Assembly (NCBI GenBank): GCA_964346325.1
Contig: CAYFUK010000001.1
Coordinates: 1-40,885, forward strand
Direction: 5' to 3'
Length of the DNA: 40,885 nucleotides
DNA from: an uncultured Candidatus Peribacteria bacterium
Lineage (GTDB): Bacteria; Patescibacteriota; Gracilibacteria; UBA1369; PNNO01
This document shows positions 1 through 9,988 of the stretch, piece by piece. The translations under genes and the position numbers were made by a program. Under the pieces are notes generated by a model that worked only from the letters and a program-made list of their open reading frames with translations, had not been told where the DNA came from and made no database searches. How positions within the stretch are numbered: the first letter of the stretch is position 1; the number at the start of each line of letters is the position of its first letter.

Positions 1-60
1 TTATATTATTGCAAAAGTTATTAAAATTATTGAACGATAGGTTTTGATTGCGTTTTAGCC

Positions 61-89
61 TTGAGAAAAAGCCGATTTTTTGGTATAAT
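61..89 (+). promoter_or_regulatory. sigma70-type promoter candidate for the giant-protein operon
   Basis: TTGAGA (61-66), a 17-nt spacer, then the TG-extended -10 TGGTATAAT (81-89). It ends 27 nt upstream of the first ATG at 117. Confidence 0.5.
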
Positions 90-116
90 AATTTAATAAA
101 AATAAAAATAAAACGG

Positions 117-443
117 ATGAATCAAACTAGAGCTGAAAAAACGGAAAAAGCCCTGCGCGAAGTGGTCATTTTGCTTTTAGACAACTGCATGCTTTTATCG
201 GTTGAAGAAAAACAAAACATAGGTGAACTTATTCCGTTGCTTAATAAAAATGAACTTACGGAGTTATTTCAGCTGCTTTTGGGCTCAAAAAGAAGAACAA
301 ACAATATACTCGAAGATCTTGCCGCGGAGTATCCGGCGGTAATGTACGACCTTGATGAATATCAAAAAGAAACTCTTAAAACCGTTTTTAAAGATGAAAG
401 AGATGTTTTAAAAATATCACTTAATAAAACAAATGAATCCTAA
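117..443 (+). CDS. small hypothetical protein (108 aa, helical), first gene of the giant-protein operon
   Basis: The ORF-track frame 48-443 starts at a TTG inside the predicted promoter. The first ATG is at 117 (MNQTRAEK...). No recognisable motif. Its stop overlaps the next start (ATGAATCCTAA, 433-443). Confidence 0.55.
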   Translation: MNQTRAEKTEKALREVVILLLDNCMLLSVEEKQNIGELIPLLNKNELTELFQLLLGSKRRTNNILEDLAAEYPAVMYDLDEYQKETLKTVFKDERDVLKISLNKTNES

Positions 444-3400
444 AACCGCATTAAAAAAAGGTGTGGAATCAGCTGCAAAACAGGTTCCCGAAGCAAAGGA
501 GCAGGTTAAGGAAAAAGCAGCCAAAAGAAGCATGTTTGCAAAAGAAATGCAGTATCAGGTTTATAGAATTGAGAATGTTCTTAAAATAAAAGATGCAAAA
601 ACTTTAAGAAAATTTGTTAAAGAAAACAGCAAATGGTACAAAAATGCAACTTTAACGAACTTTTTTAAATCTTATGAAGCAAAAAAAACAAATGAATTTA
701 TTGAAAAGGCAAAGCAAAAAACCGGCCGGGAGCGCGAGAAACTGTTGATGGGTATTCGTGAGATAGTTTATAAAGCAAAAAAAGAAAAGTACGCGGCAAA
801 AAAGGGCGCGGAAAAAGTGCGGAAAGAAAGAGACAAAGAAACCGAAAAGCTTAAATCTTTGATTGAAAAAGATTTAAACGAACAGGAGATAATTGATATT
901 GAGACCAGCATGTATGATCCGCTTGAGTTTCCGAAGGATAAAATGGATTTTAATAAGATTCAGCAATATTATCTTAAGATTTTAACCGGACAAAAGGTTT
1001 TGGCTGTTCATGCAAAAGGCATGCAGGAGAAATATCAGGGGTCCATGAAAAAAGCTCAAAAATTTCAGGAAAAATATAAATCCGGATGGAGAAAATATGC
1101 GGGCATAGCTGACTGGGGTTACAGAAAAGCAAAAGGTATATGGGGATCGATTAAAAGCGTGTGGTCGGATGATGAGAAGCCGCCTTCACAGTCGGATAAA
1201 ATCAATTCTTTGATGAAAAAGACCGCCAAAGAATATGAAAACAGAATGGCCAGGGTAAAAAATTTAAAGGATAATTTACAGAACAGGTCCAATGAAATGA
1301 AAATCGGACTCGGGACTTTTAAAACAAATTTAAGGGAAAAATTAAAAACACTTATTTCACGCGGGGAATGGACAAAAGCCAAGCAAAAAGAACGCGAATT
1401 TCTAAAAGAAAAATTGAAACAGCAAAAACAGAGAATGGAGGACTCACTTACAAAAGCAAGAAGTCAGGGCGAACAGATTGATAATGCTAAACAGGGCACT
1501 TTAAATTTGAGCCGGGCTTTGCAAAAAAAATATGCAGGCATTGAGAGCGGCGAAAAAAATCTTAACGGCAGAATTAAAGCCGTACTGGCAAGAGTTAAAA
1601 AGCTTGAGAATTATTACGGTTCCGATGACCCGCGTGTCAGGCATATTCGTGAAAACGTTTTGCTGCCTTTAATGCAGGCGCGCGAAAAAATCTCCACTTC
1701 AAAAGAGAACACTGAAGTTAAAATCACAAATGTTGATAAAAAGAATCAAAAGCTGGACATGCTCAAGGCGGATACTTACCTTGCCGCTACTTCTTCGGTG
1801 GATCAGATTTCTAAATTGGATCTGCAGATTTCCAGTGAAGGTAAAAAAATCGATGTACTTAAAAATAAAAGATTTGAACTTCATAAATTACTTGAAGAAA
1901 TGGAGTTCGCTTACGCCGCTGTTGATGAATTCAAGGGTAATGTGGGTAAGAATCTGGATAAAATGAACAAAAATAATGATAAAACAGTTGAAGCTTTAAA
2001 CAAACAGCTTAATGCACTTAATAAAACAAAAGTTAGTCCTCCGGGGCTTGGTTCAAGTTTGTATAATACCGTATTGATAGGTAAACTGGGATTTTACGGA
2101 GCGGTTGTTGAATTGCCGTTTAAGTATACACCCCGCGCTATAGGCTATGCTTTTGCCAAGCTGTTTGGAAGCGATGCTGAATGGGATGATACAAAAAACT
2201 GGACTTTACCGGGTTTGATTGAAGGTGTTACTTCAAAATATGATGAGTGGCTTGATAAAGGAGGCATTAAACAACATTTATCGGAAGATTCAAGCAGCTT
2301 TACCAAACTGATTGCTGAAATTGGAAATTTTGGTGCCGGTGTGGTTGGTATGGCAAATGGAGTTGTAAGGGGTATGAATGCACTTATTTTTGAGACTCCG
2401 AGAACACTGGATTCAATAGGAAAGATTATTACCGACTGGCAATACACAAAAGAAGCAGGCAAAGCTGTTATTAATTATCACCATTGGGAAAAAGGCGATT
2501 ACGGTATAGCCGGCGGTAAAACCGCCGGGGACATACTTTTGTTGGTTTTAACCGCGGGTGCTTCAGCCGGCGGACAGGCCGCGGCAAAAACCGCTGCGGT
2601 TGCGGGTAGAACAAGCAGGCTCGCAAGAGCGCTTGCCTACACTAAAGGCTTTGTTTTGGAGGGCGGAAGAAAGCTTGCAACAGCGCCATATAGAATTGTG
2701 AAATCCGTAAAGAGAATTGGTGTAACAGGTATAGCAAAAGCTCCTTTTGTTCTTACTTACAGGGGTGGCAGGTACGTGTTTGACGTTACGCGCGGCGTAG
2801 TTACCGGTAAAGGAATGACCTATGCATATAAAACAAGATTATCGCGAATTGTTGGCAAAGAAGGCTCGGTCATTGCGCCTGCCGAAGGATCAAAACTGGC
2901 AAGATTAATAGATGATACCGATGATATAGCCAAGTCTGCGAAATTTGAACAAGGAAAGGTTGGGAAATTGATTGAAAATTCCGATATGAAAAATCTATTC
3001 GATAAAGTAAGAGAAAGCGGAGTTAAAGGTTTGTCAATGGATGAGCTGGGGCAATTATATCAGGGAATGGGAAAATTGATGTACGGGAAGAGAACGGGAT
3101 TAATCGCGAGAACAAGGATAGAAGGTTTTAGAAGCAGACTCGGTAAATATATGAAAACAAGAGCAAAGGCAGAAGGATACGAAAGGTATCTTAATAGAGC
3201 CGGCGGTGACATTGATTTACTTAAACAAAATCCAACAACCTTGGCAGGTGTACGCACACTTAAAACAAGAATTCGTGAAAGAATACTTGATATTGATGAT
3301 GAAATTCCAAAGTTAGAAAGAAGAATTGCAAGACTGGAAAAAGATGCAACAGGAAAAGCTGCAAAATTACACTGGTCAAAAAAATTACAACGCATTAAAA

Positions 3401-4074
3401 AAGAAACACCTTTGTTGCAAGCTAAGTACAGACAATTAAGCTACAAAGCGATTCTTAAAAATCGTCCGGTGGCTTTATACAACGCAGCTAAAGAAAAAGC
3501 GGCGAAACTTGCCGAATCCTTTAAAGGTAAGAGCAAAGCTGAAATTGCAAAACAACTGGCTAAAACTGTTACTGCTCCGGTGTGGCTCCCTTATAAATAC
3601 GGAGCAAAACTTATTCAGCGTTATTACAGGTTTTATACAAAGCCGGATAAAGCGGGAGCAATTAAAACTTTAAAGCAAAAAGGAATTCTAAAAGAAGGTT
3701 CTGATGCGGATATGCTTGTGAATTATAAAGCCTTAAGTGATTCTTCAACTCAAATAAACAAGCTTGTTAAATCGGGCAAAGTAAGAGAAGCGGTTGAACT
3801 TTACCAAACAGCCAGAATACATGCTAATGGAGCCGGGATTCCCTTTGCTGCAATTGATCGCTCGTTTATGGGGCATCTGCACAGGGTAGCTCCGCCAACG
3901 GCAAATTATATAAGCAAAGTAACCGATTTAATTGATCCGCGTGTTATAAACGGCCTTCCTGAAAAATTAAAAATAAATTCAGCGGCATGGAAAAAAGAAA
4001 GCGAAAAGCATGCCGGGCTTCTGTCTAAAATGAAGCAAAATACCAAAATAGGAAAAAAATTTATTAATAAATAA
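433..4074 (+). CDS. giant hypothetical protein (1213 aa): Lys/Glu-rich coiled coil with an internal Gly/Ala-rich hydrophobic core
   Basis: Uninterrupted 3.6-kb ORF in an AT-rich genome. Composition is K/E-rich and heptad-like. The core at aa 534-800 includes the glycine zipper GAGVVGMANGVVRG and DILLLVLTAGASAGG. There is no signal peptide and no cysteine. Confidence 0.8.
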   Translation: MNPKTALKKGVESAAKQVPEAKEQVKEKAAKRSMFAKEMQYQVYRIENVLKIKDAKTLRKFVKENSKWYKNATLTNFFKSYEAKKTNEFIEKAKQKTGREREKLLMGIREIVYKAKKEKYAAKKGAEKVRKERDKETEKLKSLIEKDLNEQEIIDIETSMYDPLEFPKDKMDFNKIQQYYLKILTGQKVLAVHAKGMQEKYQGSMKKAQKFQEKYKSGWRKYAGIADWGYRKAKGIWGSIKSVWSDDEKPPSQSDKINSLMKKTAKEYENRMARVKNLKDNLQNRSNEMKIGLGTFKTNLREKLKTLISRGEWTKAKQKEREFLKEKLKQQKQRMEDSLTKARSQGEQIDNAKQGTLNLSRALQKKYAGIESGEKNLNGRIKAVLARVKKLENYYGSDDPRVRHIRENVLLPLMQAREKISTSKENTEVKITNVDKKNQKLDMLKADTYLAATSSVDQISKLDLQISSEGKKIDVLKNKRFELHKLLEEMEFAYAAVDEFKGNVGKNLDKMNKNNDKTVEALNKQLNALNKTKVSPPGLGSSLYNTVLIGKLGFYGAVVELPFKYTPRAIGYAFAKLFGSDAEWDDTKNWTLPGLIEGVTSKYDEWLDKGGIKQHLSEDSSSFTKLIAEIGNFGAGVVGMANGVVRGMNALIFETPRTLDSIGKIITDWQYTKEAGKAVINYHHWEKGDYGIAGGKTAGDILLLVLTAGASAGGQAAAKTAAVAGRTSRLARALAYTKGFVLEGGRKLATAPYRIVKSVKRIGVTGIAKAPFVLTYRGGRYVFDVTRGVVTGKGMTYAYKTRLSRIVGKEGSVIAPAEGSKLARLIDDTDDIAKSAKFEQGKVGKLIENSDMKNLFDKVRESGVKGLSMDELGQLYQGMGKLMYGKRTGLIARTRIEGFRSRLGKYMKTRAKAEGYERYLNRAGGDIDLLKQNPTTLAGVRTLKTRIRERILDIDDEIPKLERRIARLEKDATGKAAKLHWSKKLQRIKKETPLLQAKYRQLSYKAILKNRPVALYNAAKEKAAKLAESFKGKSKAEIAKQLAKTVTAPVWLPYKYGAKLIQRYYRFYTKPDKAGAIKTLKQKGILKEGSDADMLVNYKALSDSSTQINKLVKSGKVREAVELYQTARIHANGAGIPFAAIDRSFMGHLHRVAPPTANYISKVTDLIDPRVINGLPEKLKINSAAWKKESEKHAGLLSKMKQNTKIGKKFINK

Positions 4075-4090
4075 TCTAACAAATATAAAA

Positions 4091-6103
4091 ATGTTTTATT
4101 CAAAATTAATATTCAAAAACGGAGTTGAAACACCTCCGCAAGCGCCGTCGCAAACTCCCGATCAAAAAGCTGAAAAGCTTGAGAAAAGATCGCAGCAAAA
4201 AATTGATGCAAAAAGAAAGGCTGCCGAAAATCTTAAAGATAACAAAAAAGAGCTTTTAAAAAGATGGAAAGAAAATAATCCCGAAAAAAAAGTTGAAGCG
4301 ATTGAAGACGATCCCAAGACCGTGGCAATAGAAAGAATAACAGATTCTTTAAAAGCAAAAGAGACGTATCTTTTGATATCTTTAATGGAAGAGTATTTTG
4401 GAGATAAAGGTGAAAAACTCGCTAAAAAGTTTTTGGCAAAGGGTCTTAAACAAAGTAAATCCGGTGATATTAATTTAAAGTATTTTAGGGAATTCTTTAG
4501 CTGGAAAGGTTACGAGGGTAAATACAGAAGTTTTAATGTTCCGAGAAAACTCGGGTTTTATTATCTTGATCAGTATATGCTTGGCTGGACAACCGTTGAC
4601 CGTATTTCCGTAGGTCCGAAATCCGATAAAGATGATGAACCCTCGGGCGAGAGATATCTTGTTAATGCTTTATATCATATAAAAGCTCAATATAATCAGG
4701 ACACAAAAGATAATGATATGGGGTTATCTGAAGCGCAGCTTAAAAAAGGTTTGAAATTTTTCAAAGATAAACCTGAAGAATTCGAAAACCTGATGAAAAA
4801 GAAAGAATCGGGACTTGGTAAAGACACAATCAAATGGTTTAAAGAAAAAGCGAACGAACACTGGGAGCCTTTAACGGAAAAAATGGCTGCCGCATTAAAC
4901 GTTGTTATCGGAAAGGGTGTAGGAAAATATCTTTACAGATATAATGAAAATCAAAAAAGAATTTATGCAATTTTAATTCAGGGGCAAGAGCCGGAACCTG
5001 ATTTGGGTGTGGGCGGTTATATGGAAATTAAAGATGATAAAATAGGATCATGGAACAAATTTGAAGATTACAATAAATTCAAGACCGAATATATCGATGA
5101 TATGGAAGCTGATAAAGTTAGTGCCGAGGTTGGAAAAGAAAAGTCCGAAGCCGGAGAAGAAATCACAAAAGAACAAAAATTAAAACAAACAGCGGGAATG
5201 ATTTCAACTATCAAGGGAATAAAAGAGGGTCATCCGACTTTTCATGATCTTGATGATTATTATGAAGATATAAAAACAAAACTTAAAAAAGAGCTTAAAG
5301 AAAAAAAGGGAATCACCAAAAATCTTGATTCCATTGTTCAGGCAAGAGTTGATGATATTAAATCAAAAGTGGATTCGGCCATTGAATCCGACGAAGCACT
5401 TAAAGAAGCCGGTGAAAAAGACAAATCAACAAAACTTGAAATCAGGGTTAATTCAAATGACGAAGTAACCGTTAAGTTTGATAAACCCGCGGGCAGAGAA
5501 AAATGGAGAAAACTTGCCGAAAAAGCCAAAGAAAAAGGTTCCGATGTTGGGGCTTTGGCTAAAAAAGCAAGGTCGCAGTTAAATGAAAAAGTTAAAAAAA
5601 TGTTCGGGAAGGGAGCTCCGATTGCAATGTGGTTTTTGGATAAAATTTTAAAAATTGATGAAGGGATCAAAAAAATATTAAGCGGAAAAAGCGCTCCCAT
5701 TACAGCCTTTGCACTTGGTGCTCTTGGGATTTCCGTTACACCGGCACTTGTTGGAGCCAGAAAATATAACAGTAAAAAATTCGATAAATTATTAAGCGGA
5801 TTATTCAAAGACGACAAAGAAAAAGAAGCAAAATATAAAAAGAAGGTAACCTTAACGCAGGATTATAAGCTTTCGGGTTATTCCATTACCATTCCGAAAG
5901 GTGAAGGAATCATACTTAAATCCGGCAAAAAATTGCAAATAAAGGGCGGTGAACTTGTAGGTAAAAAAGAAAAGAAAAAAGGATTGTTCTCGGGAGGAGA
6001 AGAAGTAGCCGAACTTGGAAAAGATCAGGAAATAGTGATTGAAGATGGTACAACAATTCCGGATGGGACAATTATCAAAAAAATGAAAGTAAAAAAATCT
6101 TAA
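4091..6103 (+). CDS. large hypothetical protein (670 aa), Lys-rich, with an internal hydrophobic hairpin
   Basis: 2-kb ORF starting 16 nt after the previous stop. The hydrophobic segment at aa 508-556 reads GAPIAMWFLDKIL...SAPITAFALGALGISVTPALVGA. The C-terminal end is beta-like and Gly/Ile/Lys-rich. No cysteine and no signal peptide. Confidence 0.8.
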   Translation: MFYSKLIFKNGVETPPQAPSQTPDQKAEKLEKRSQQKIDAKRKAAENLKDNKKELLKRWKENNPEKKVEAIEDDPKTVAIERITDSLKAKETYLLISLMEEYFGDKGEKLAKKFLAKGLKQSKSGDINLKYFREFFSWKGYEGKYRSFNVPRKLGFYYLDQYMLGWTTVDRISVGPKSDKDDEPSGERYLVNALYHIKAQYNQDTKDNDMGLSEAQLKKGLKFFKDKPEEFENLMKKKESGLGKDTIKWFKEKANEHWEPLTEKMAAALNVVIGKGVGKYLYRYNENQKRIYAILIQGQEPEPDLGVGGYMEIKDDKIGSWNKFEDYNKFKTEYIDDMEADKVSAEVGKEKSEAGEEITKEQKLKQTAGMISTIKGIKEGHPTFHDLDDYYEDIKTKLKKELKEKKGITKNLDSIVQARVDDIKSKVDSAIESDEALKEAGEKDKSTKLEIRVNSNDEVTVKFDKPAGREKWRKLAEKAKEKGSDVGALAKKARSQLNEKVKKMFGKGAPIAMWFLDKILKIDEGIKKILSGKSAPITAFALGALGISVTPALVGARKYNSKKFDKLLSGLFKDDKEKEAKYKKKVTLTQDYKLSGYSITIPKGEGIILKSGKKLQIKGGELVGKKEKKKGLFSGGEEVAELGKDQEIVIEDGTTIPDGTIIKKMKVKKS

Positions 6104-6128
6104 AACTATTATTTAAAATAAAAATAAA

Positions 6129-9100
6129 ATGGCATCAAAATTAAGTTTAAAATCAAAAGGCATTGAGCGGCCCGAATCGTTTGAGGCTGTTGAAGCAAAG
6201 AAGCTCACCGAATCAGAAGAAGAAAAGATCTCGCGGAGTCTGATTATAAGGTGGTATATGGCTAAAAAGTTTGAAAAACTTAAAGCTTTGCAGAATAAAA
6301 TTATCGAAGCGTCGTACAGTGAGAGGGAAGAAATTAAAGAAAGAATAATAAAAAACACAAAAGAAGAATTGTCGAAACATAAAGATTTAACAAAAGAAGA
6401 AGTTGAAAGACGCTCAAAACAGCTTGCCGATGAAGTTATTAATGTTGCGGAAGGGCGTGCAGATATGTCGCTTGTTGCAAAAAGGTATGCTGTGCAGGAA
6501 GAAGAACAGAAAGTTTTTTATAAAGTTGTTGATGGATTTGTGAGCCGTGAAAATCAGAGTGAAACATTGCAGAAAATTGCAAAGAATCCTAAGTTTGCTG
6601 ATTTTTTGAATGGAATTAAAGCTCATGATCCCGCTACTGCAAAAAGAATAGATATGGCAATTAAAGAAGGTGACTACGAGGGTTTGCAAAAAATAGTTGA
6701 AAAATCAACAGACGGTAAAATAAATAAATCCGCAATGAACAGATTTATGGCGATCGGAGTACTCGGATCCGCTCATGTTAAGGAATACACACCGGTTGAT
6801 ACGGTAAACAAAGCTATATCCTTTTTGGATCAGTACAGGCATGTGGGGCATGGATTTGCCTTGGATAAAGCTTCGCAGGATATCGGGATTCCTTTTTTGC
6901 TTGTTGCCCGTTTTGCTTCGTGGACACTCAGGGACTTCAGGCAGATGGATAATATTATGCAGAGAAACAAACATCTGATTGAACAAAAAGATAAAAAATC
7001 GATTAAAGATAACGAACGTCTGGTTTTTATAGAACACATGCATAAGGCAAGAATGAAACTTGAAGATAAAGTGAAAGGTGATAAAGATCTTCAGTCAAAT
7101 TTTGAGAAAGCTTTGGATAAGTATCTGGACAGCAAAGAGGAACTTGGCGAACGTGATAAACAGGAGATAAAACAGGCATCGAGATATGAGGATTTAAGGC
7201 TTGTTCAGCTTTTTGAGTATTATTACGCGGAAGATGAAGACCGATACAGATGGTTGATGAAGTCAGCATCAAGAGTTCCAACAATGATAAGATTTGCCAA
7301 ACATGTGTTTGGAGAGCAGAGGTATATAAAAGCCACAATGCTTAGGTATACAAAAAGAAGACTTCTTGACCGTTCAATTACCAACTTCAGGATGAATGCA
7401 AAAAACTGGGGTATGAAAGATATTCTCAGAAATATGAATGATTTTGAAAATAAGATTACGAGATCAAGAGGGGAAGCATTAACAAAATATGAAGATCTGT
7501 ATCGAGAAGCTTCTAATTATAAAGTTGATGCCGATGAAATAACGGCAAAAAGAAGCTATCTTGATAAAGAGCTTTTGGATCAGGACAGAATGCTTCAAAG
7601 GTATGCCATTTTGGTAAAAAGGGCTACAAGGATTATGTCTGATAAGGCCAAAAAGGTTATTGAAGCGGGTAAATCAATACAGGCGGCACAAAAAGGAGCC
7701 GGAAAAAGTTTTTTAACAAAAAAGCTGCATCAGCTTCCTCATGTTTCCGATCAGACACTTGAAGCAATAGGGCTGGATAAAGCAAAAAAAGCGGGTTATA
7801 CGGGTGCCGATTTGATCAACGGATATACAAGAAGGCTTGTTGATATTAAAACCATGGAGGATGTAACAAGAGCAAGATTCAGTGCTTTGGCGGATGTGGT
7901 TGATACCAATGTTGCAAGGCCGGTTGGTACTGCGTGGCAGGGAAGAATGGACGTAGCCAAAGGTGTTAGTGACAGAGCAAAAATACGAAAAAAATTACAG
8001 AATATCGAAGACCTTGCTAAACCGCACAAAGGCCGTTATATTGCCAAGACATTCGGCTTACCGGCAATTATTATAGGTATTCAGGGGTACGATTTATTTA
8101 CGGGAAAGGCAAAAACAAATGAGGTCCTGTGGGATATGGGAGAAGCGGCAGGTGGATTTGTACCTTTTTTGGGTACCGCACTTGATATAAGGGGCCTGAT
8201 TAAAGGTGAGAGTTTATCAGGCAGAAAATTAAATACAAAAGAGCGATGGATGTATGCGGGATTTGCAGCGATCGGAGCAATCGCCGATGCCGCAATATTA
8301 ATTGGCGGACTCGGGCTTGGTATACGTGCGGGGCTCGGAGGAGTGAGAGCGGGCAGACGTGCCGTTAAAGCCGGCAGCGCACTTGCGGGAGCAAGAAAAA
8401 CAGGCGGTTTACGTGATATGGCTTATGCCTCAAAATTGCCGTTTTTTCAGCGGCAGATTGCCAAAGCCGGCTCAAAATTCAATAAAGTAAGAAGAGCCGA
8501 CGGAGCAGCTGAAGCTTTGTATACAAGAAAAGCAATTACTCATGCAAATAAAATATCAAAGTATAATTCGGGAGTTAAAGACACGTATAAAATTGAAAAA
8601 TTTTCTGATATCGAAGGCAAAATTAAGATTGCCGAGAAGGCCGGAGAAATGCCTACAGTAAGAAAACTCGAGAGATTAAGAAAAACGTTAAAAAAGTTGG
8701 GAAGTATTGAAGGTCTTGATGTTTTAAAAGACGTTGGAAAAGGCATTGATATACCGCGGGGATTTTTCAGCAGGCAGTGGCTTAAAAGTAAAAAGGCATT
8801 TCTTGGCATTAAACAATGGTTGCTTTCAATCGGAATTCCTCCCAAGACTATCAAAAACTACGAAAAATCATTTAGTGCCGTTGCAAGCGCAAAGCAAAAT
8901 AAAGCCAAGGCATTGGATGATCTTCATGATTTGATAAAAGCAAAAGAAGGAACAAGACTTAAAGCTGTTGATACATATAAAGAGTATATGGTTAAAGCGG
9001 AAAAACACGGGCAGACAGCTATTGATTACACAAAAGTCGTTGATGATATATCAAAACAAAAACGAAAACATATAAGACTTGGAGGAATAAAAAGATCAAA

Positions 9101-9959
9101 AAAGGAACATCTGAAACATGTAGAAAAATTACATAAAGGGAAAAAAGCAACCGAAGCCGAAGTTAATGCCGCAAAAAAAGCATTAAAAGAGGCTGATGAA
9201 AAAATTAAGGCTTCAAGAAAATACAGTAAAAAATTGATCGATCGTAAGAAAAAATTGTCCAAAGAACTTAAAACAAAAGGTGATGATGCCAAAGGCTGGA
9301 AAAAAGAGTTTGACAGTGCAAATACAAGTTTAAGTAAAATTGAAACAGATGTTGTAAGGCACGAAGATAAGCTAAGAGCCGCAGAAGAATCTATTGTTTC
9401 CGCAAATACAAAAAGAGCGATGATGTCCATGGAAATGGAAAATAAAGCAACGCGAATGGCACGTTACCACGATAAAACAGCTAGTGTGGCAAAGCTTTTG
9501 CAGTATGGGGGGCTTGCAATGGGCGGAATATGGTTGTTCTCCGGTTTTCACGCCGGACCTGCGGAGCAACTTAAAACAGCGAGTAAAGCCGTTAAAGGTG
9601 CAGCTAAAATGGGAGGCAAAACATTTGATTATGTAATGCTTCAGGATCATTCGGGAAGACCTCCTATTGATCAAATGGTTGAGGAGCGTGTTAGAAAAGT
9701 TAAAATGCGAGAAGAACTTAACGGTTATGTTGAGAAAGCAACCCGGCGCGGTGTAAAACCCGAAGAAGTGCTTGCAAAACACTGGAATACCGATGAAGCA
9801 AAAGAAATCGCAAGACGTCAGGGCTTATACCAAAAAGTGCAAAAACTTATTGCCGATAAAAAGGTAACACCCGAAACAGCGCAAAGAGCAAGGGCAAAAC
9901 TGCGCGATGTTGCAACAGGCGACTCTGCGGGCAAAGCCGGTGAAAAGTTGGCCGGATAA
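6129..9959 (+). CDS. giant hypothetical protein (1276 aa): coiled coil with a PT-TG-like Gly-rich membrane core
   Basis: 3.8-kb ORF. Residues 641-760 read TFGLPAIIIGIQGYDLFTGK...GGFVPFLGTALDIRGLIKGESLSGRKLNTKERWMYAGFAAIGAIADAAILIGGLGLGIRAGLGG. A second hydrophobic hairpin is LLQYGGLAMGGIWLFSGFHAG (aa 1123-1143). No cysteine and no signal peptide. Confidence 0.8.
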   Translation: MASKLSLKSKGIERPESFEAVEAKKLTESEEEKISRSLIIRWYMAKKFEKLKALQNKIIEASYSEREEIKERIIKNTKEELSKHKDLTKEEVERRSKQLADEVINVAEGRADMSLVAKRYAVQEEEQKVFYKVVDGFVSRENQSETLQKIAKNPKFADFLNGIKAHDPATAKRIDMAIKEGDYEGLQKIVEKSTDGKINKSAMNRFMAIGVLGSAHVKEYTPVDTVNKAISFLDQYRHVGHGFALDKASQDIGIPFLLVARFASWTLRDFRQMDNIMQRNKHLIEQKDKKSIKDNERLVFIEHMHKARMKLEDKVKGDKDLQSNFEKALDKYLDSKEELGERDKQEIKQASRYEDLRLVQLFEYYYAEDEDRYRWLMKSASRVPTMIRFAKHVFGEQRYIKATMLRYTKRRLLDRSITNFRMNAKNWGMKDILRNMNDFENKITRSRGEALTKYEDLYREASNYKVDADEITAKRSYLDKELLDQDRMLQRYAILVKRATRIMSDKAKKVIEAGKSIQAAQKGAGKSFLTKKLHQLPHVSDQTLEAIGLDKAKKAGYTGADLINGYTRRLVDIKTMEDVTRARFSALADVVDTNVARPVGTAWQGRMDVAKGVSDRAKIRKKLQNIEDLAKPHKGRYIAKTFGLPAIIIGIQGYDLFTGKAKTNEVLWDMGEAAGGFVPFLGTALDIRGLIKGESLSGRKLNTKERWMYAGFAAIGAIADAAILIGGLGLGIRAGLGGVRAGRRAVKAGSALAGARKTGGLRDMAYASKLPFFQRQIAKAGSKFNKVRRADGAAEALYTRKAITHANKISKYNSGVKDTYKIEKFSDIEGKIKIAEKAGEMPTVRKLERLRKTLKKLGSIEGLDVLKDVGKGIDIPRGFFSRQWLKSKKAFLGIKQWLLSIGIPPKTIKNYEKSFSAVASAKQNKAKALDDLHDLIKAKEGTRLKAVDTYKEYMVKAEKHGQTAIDYTKVVDDISKQKRKHIRLGGIKRSKKEHLKHVEKLHKGKKATEAEVNAAKKALKEADEKIKASRKYSKKLIDRKKKLSKELKTKGDDAKGWKKEFDSANTSLSKIETDVVRHEDKLRAAEESIVSANTKRAMMSMEMENKATRMARYHDKTASVAKLLQYGGLAMGGIWLFSGFHAGPAEQLKTASKAVKGAAKMGGKTFDYVMLQDHSGRPPIDQMVEERVRKVKMREELNGYVEKATRRGVKPEEVLAKHWNTDEAKEIARRQGLYQKVQKLIADKKVTPETAQRARAKLRDVATGDSAGKAGEKLAG

Positions 9960-9988
9960 TAAAATTAATTATTTAACTTCAAATAAAC

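Noticed and set aside
48-116. N-terminal extension of the first ORF from a TTG at 48.
   Set aside because: It overlaps the predicted -35/-10 promoter (61-89). The first ATG at 117 gives a sensible start.
1119-1382. Antisense and off-frame ORFs of 60-160 aa inside the giant genes, including 1699-1884, 2145-2462, 3060-3395, 5338-5817, 6414-7338, 9026-9782.
   Set aside because: They are fully nested in much longer ORFs. Their low-complexity Phe/Leu/Ser-rich translations are typical of the reverse complement of Lys/Glu-rich coding sequence.
433-9959. The giant Gly-zipper coiled-coil genes as prophage tape-measure or ejection proteins.
   Set aside because: No capsid, terminase, tail, integrase or att-like features are in the window. 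The unit has its own promoter and terminator and is followed downstream by housekeeping genes. The idea is kept only as something a profile search could still reveal.
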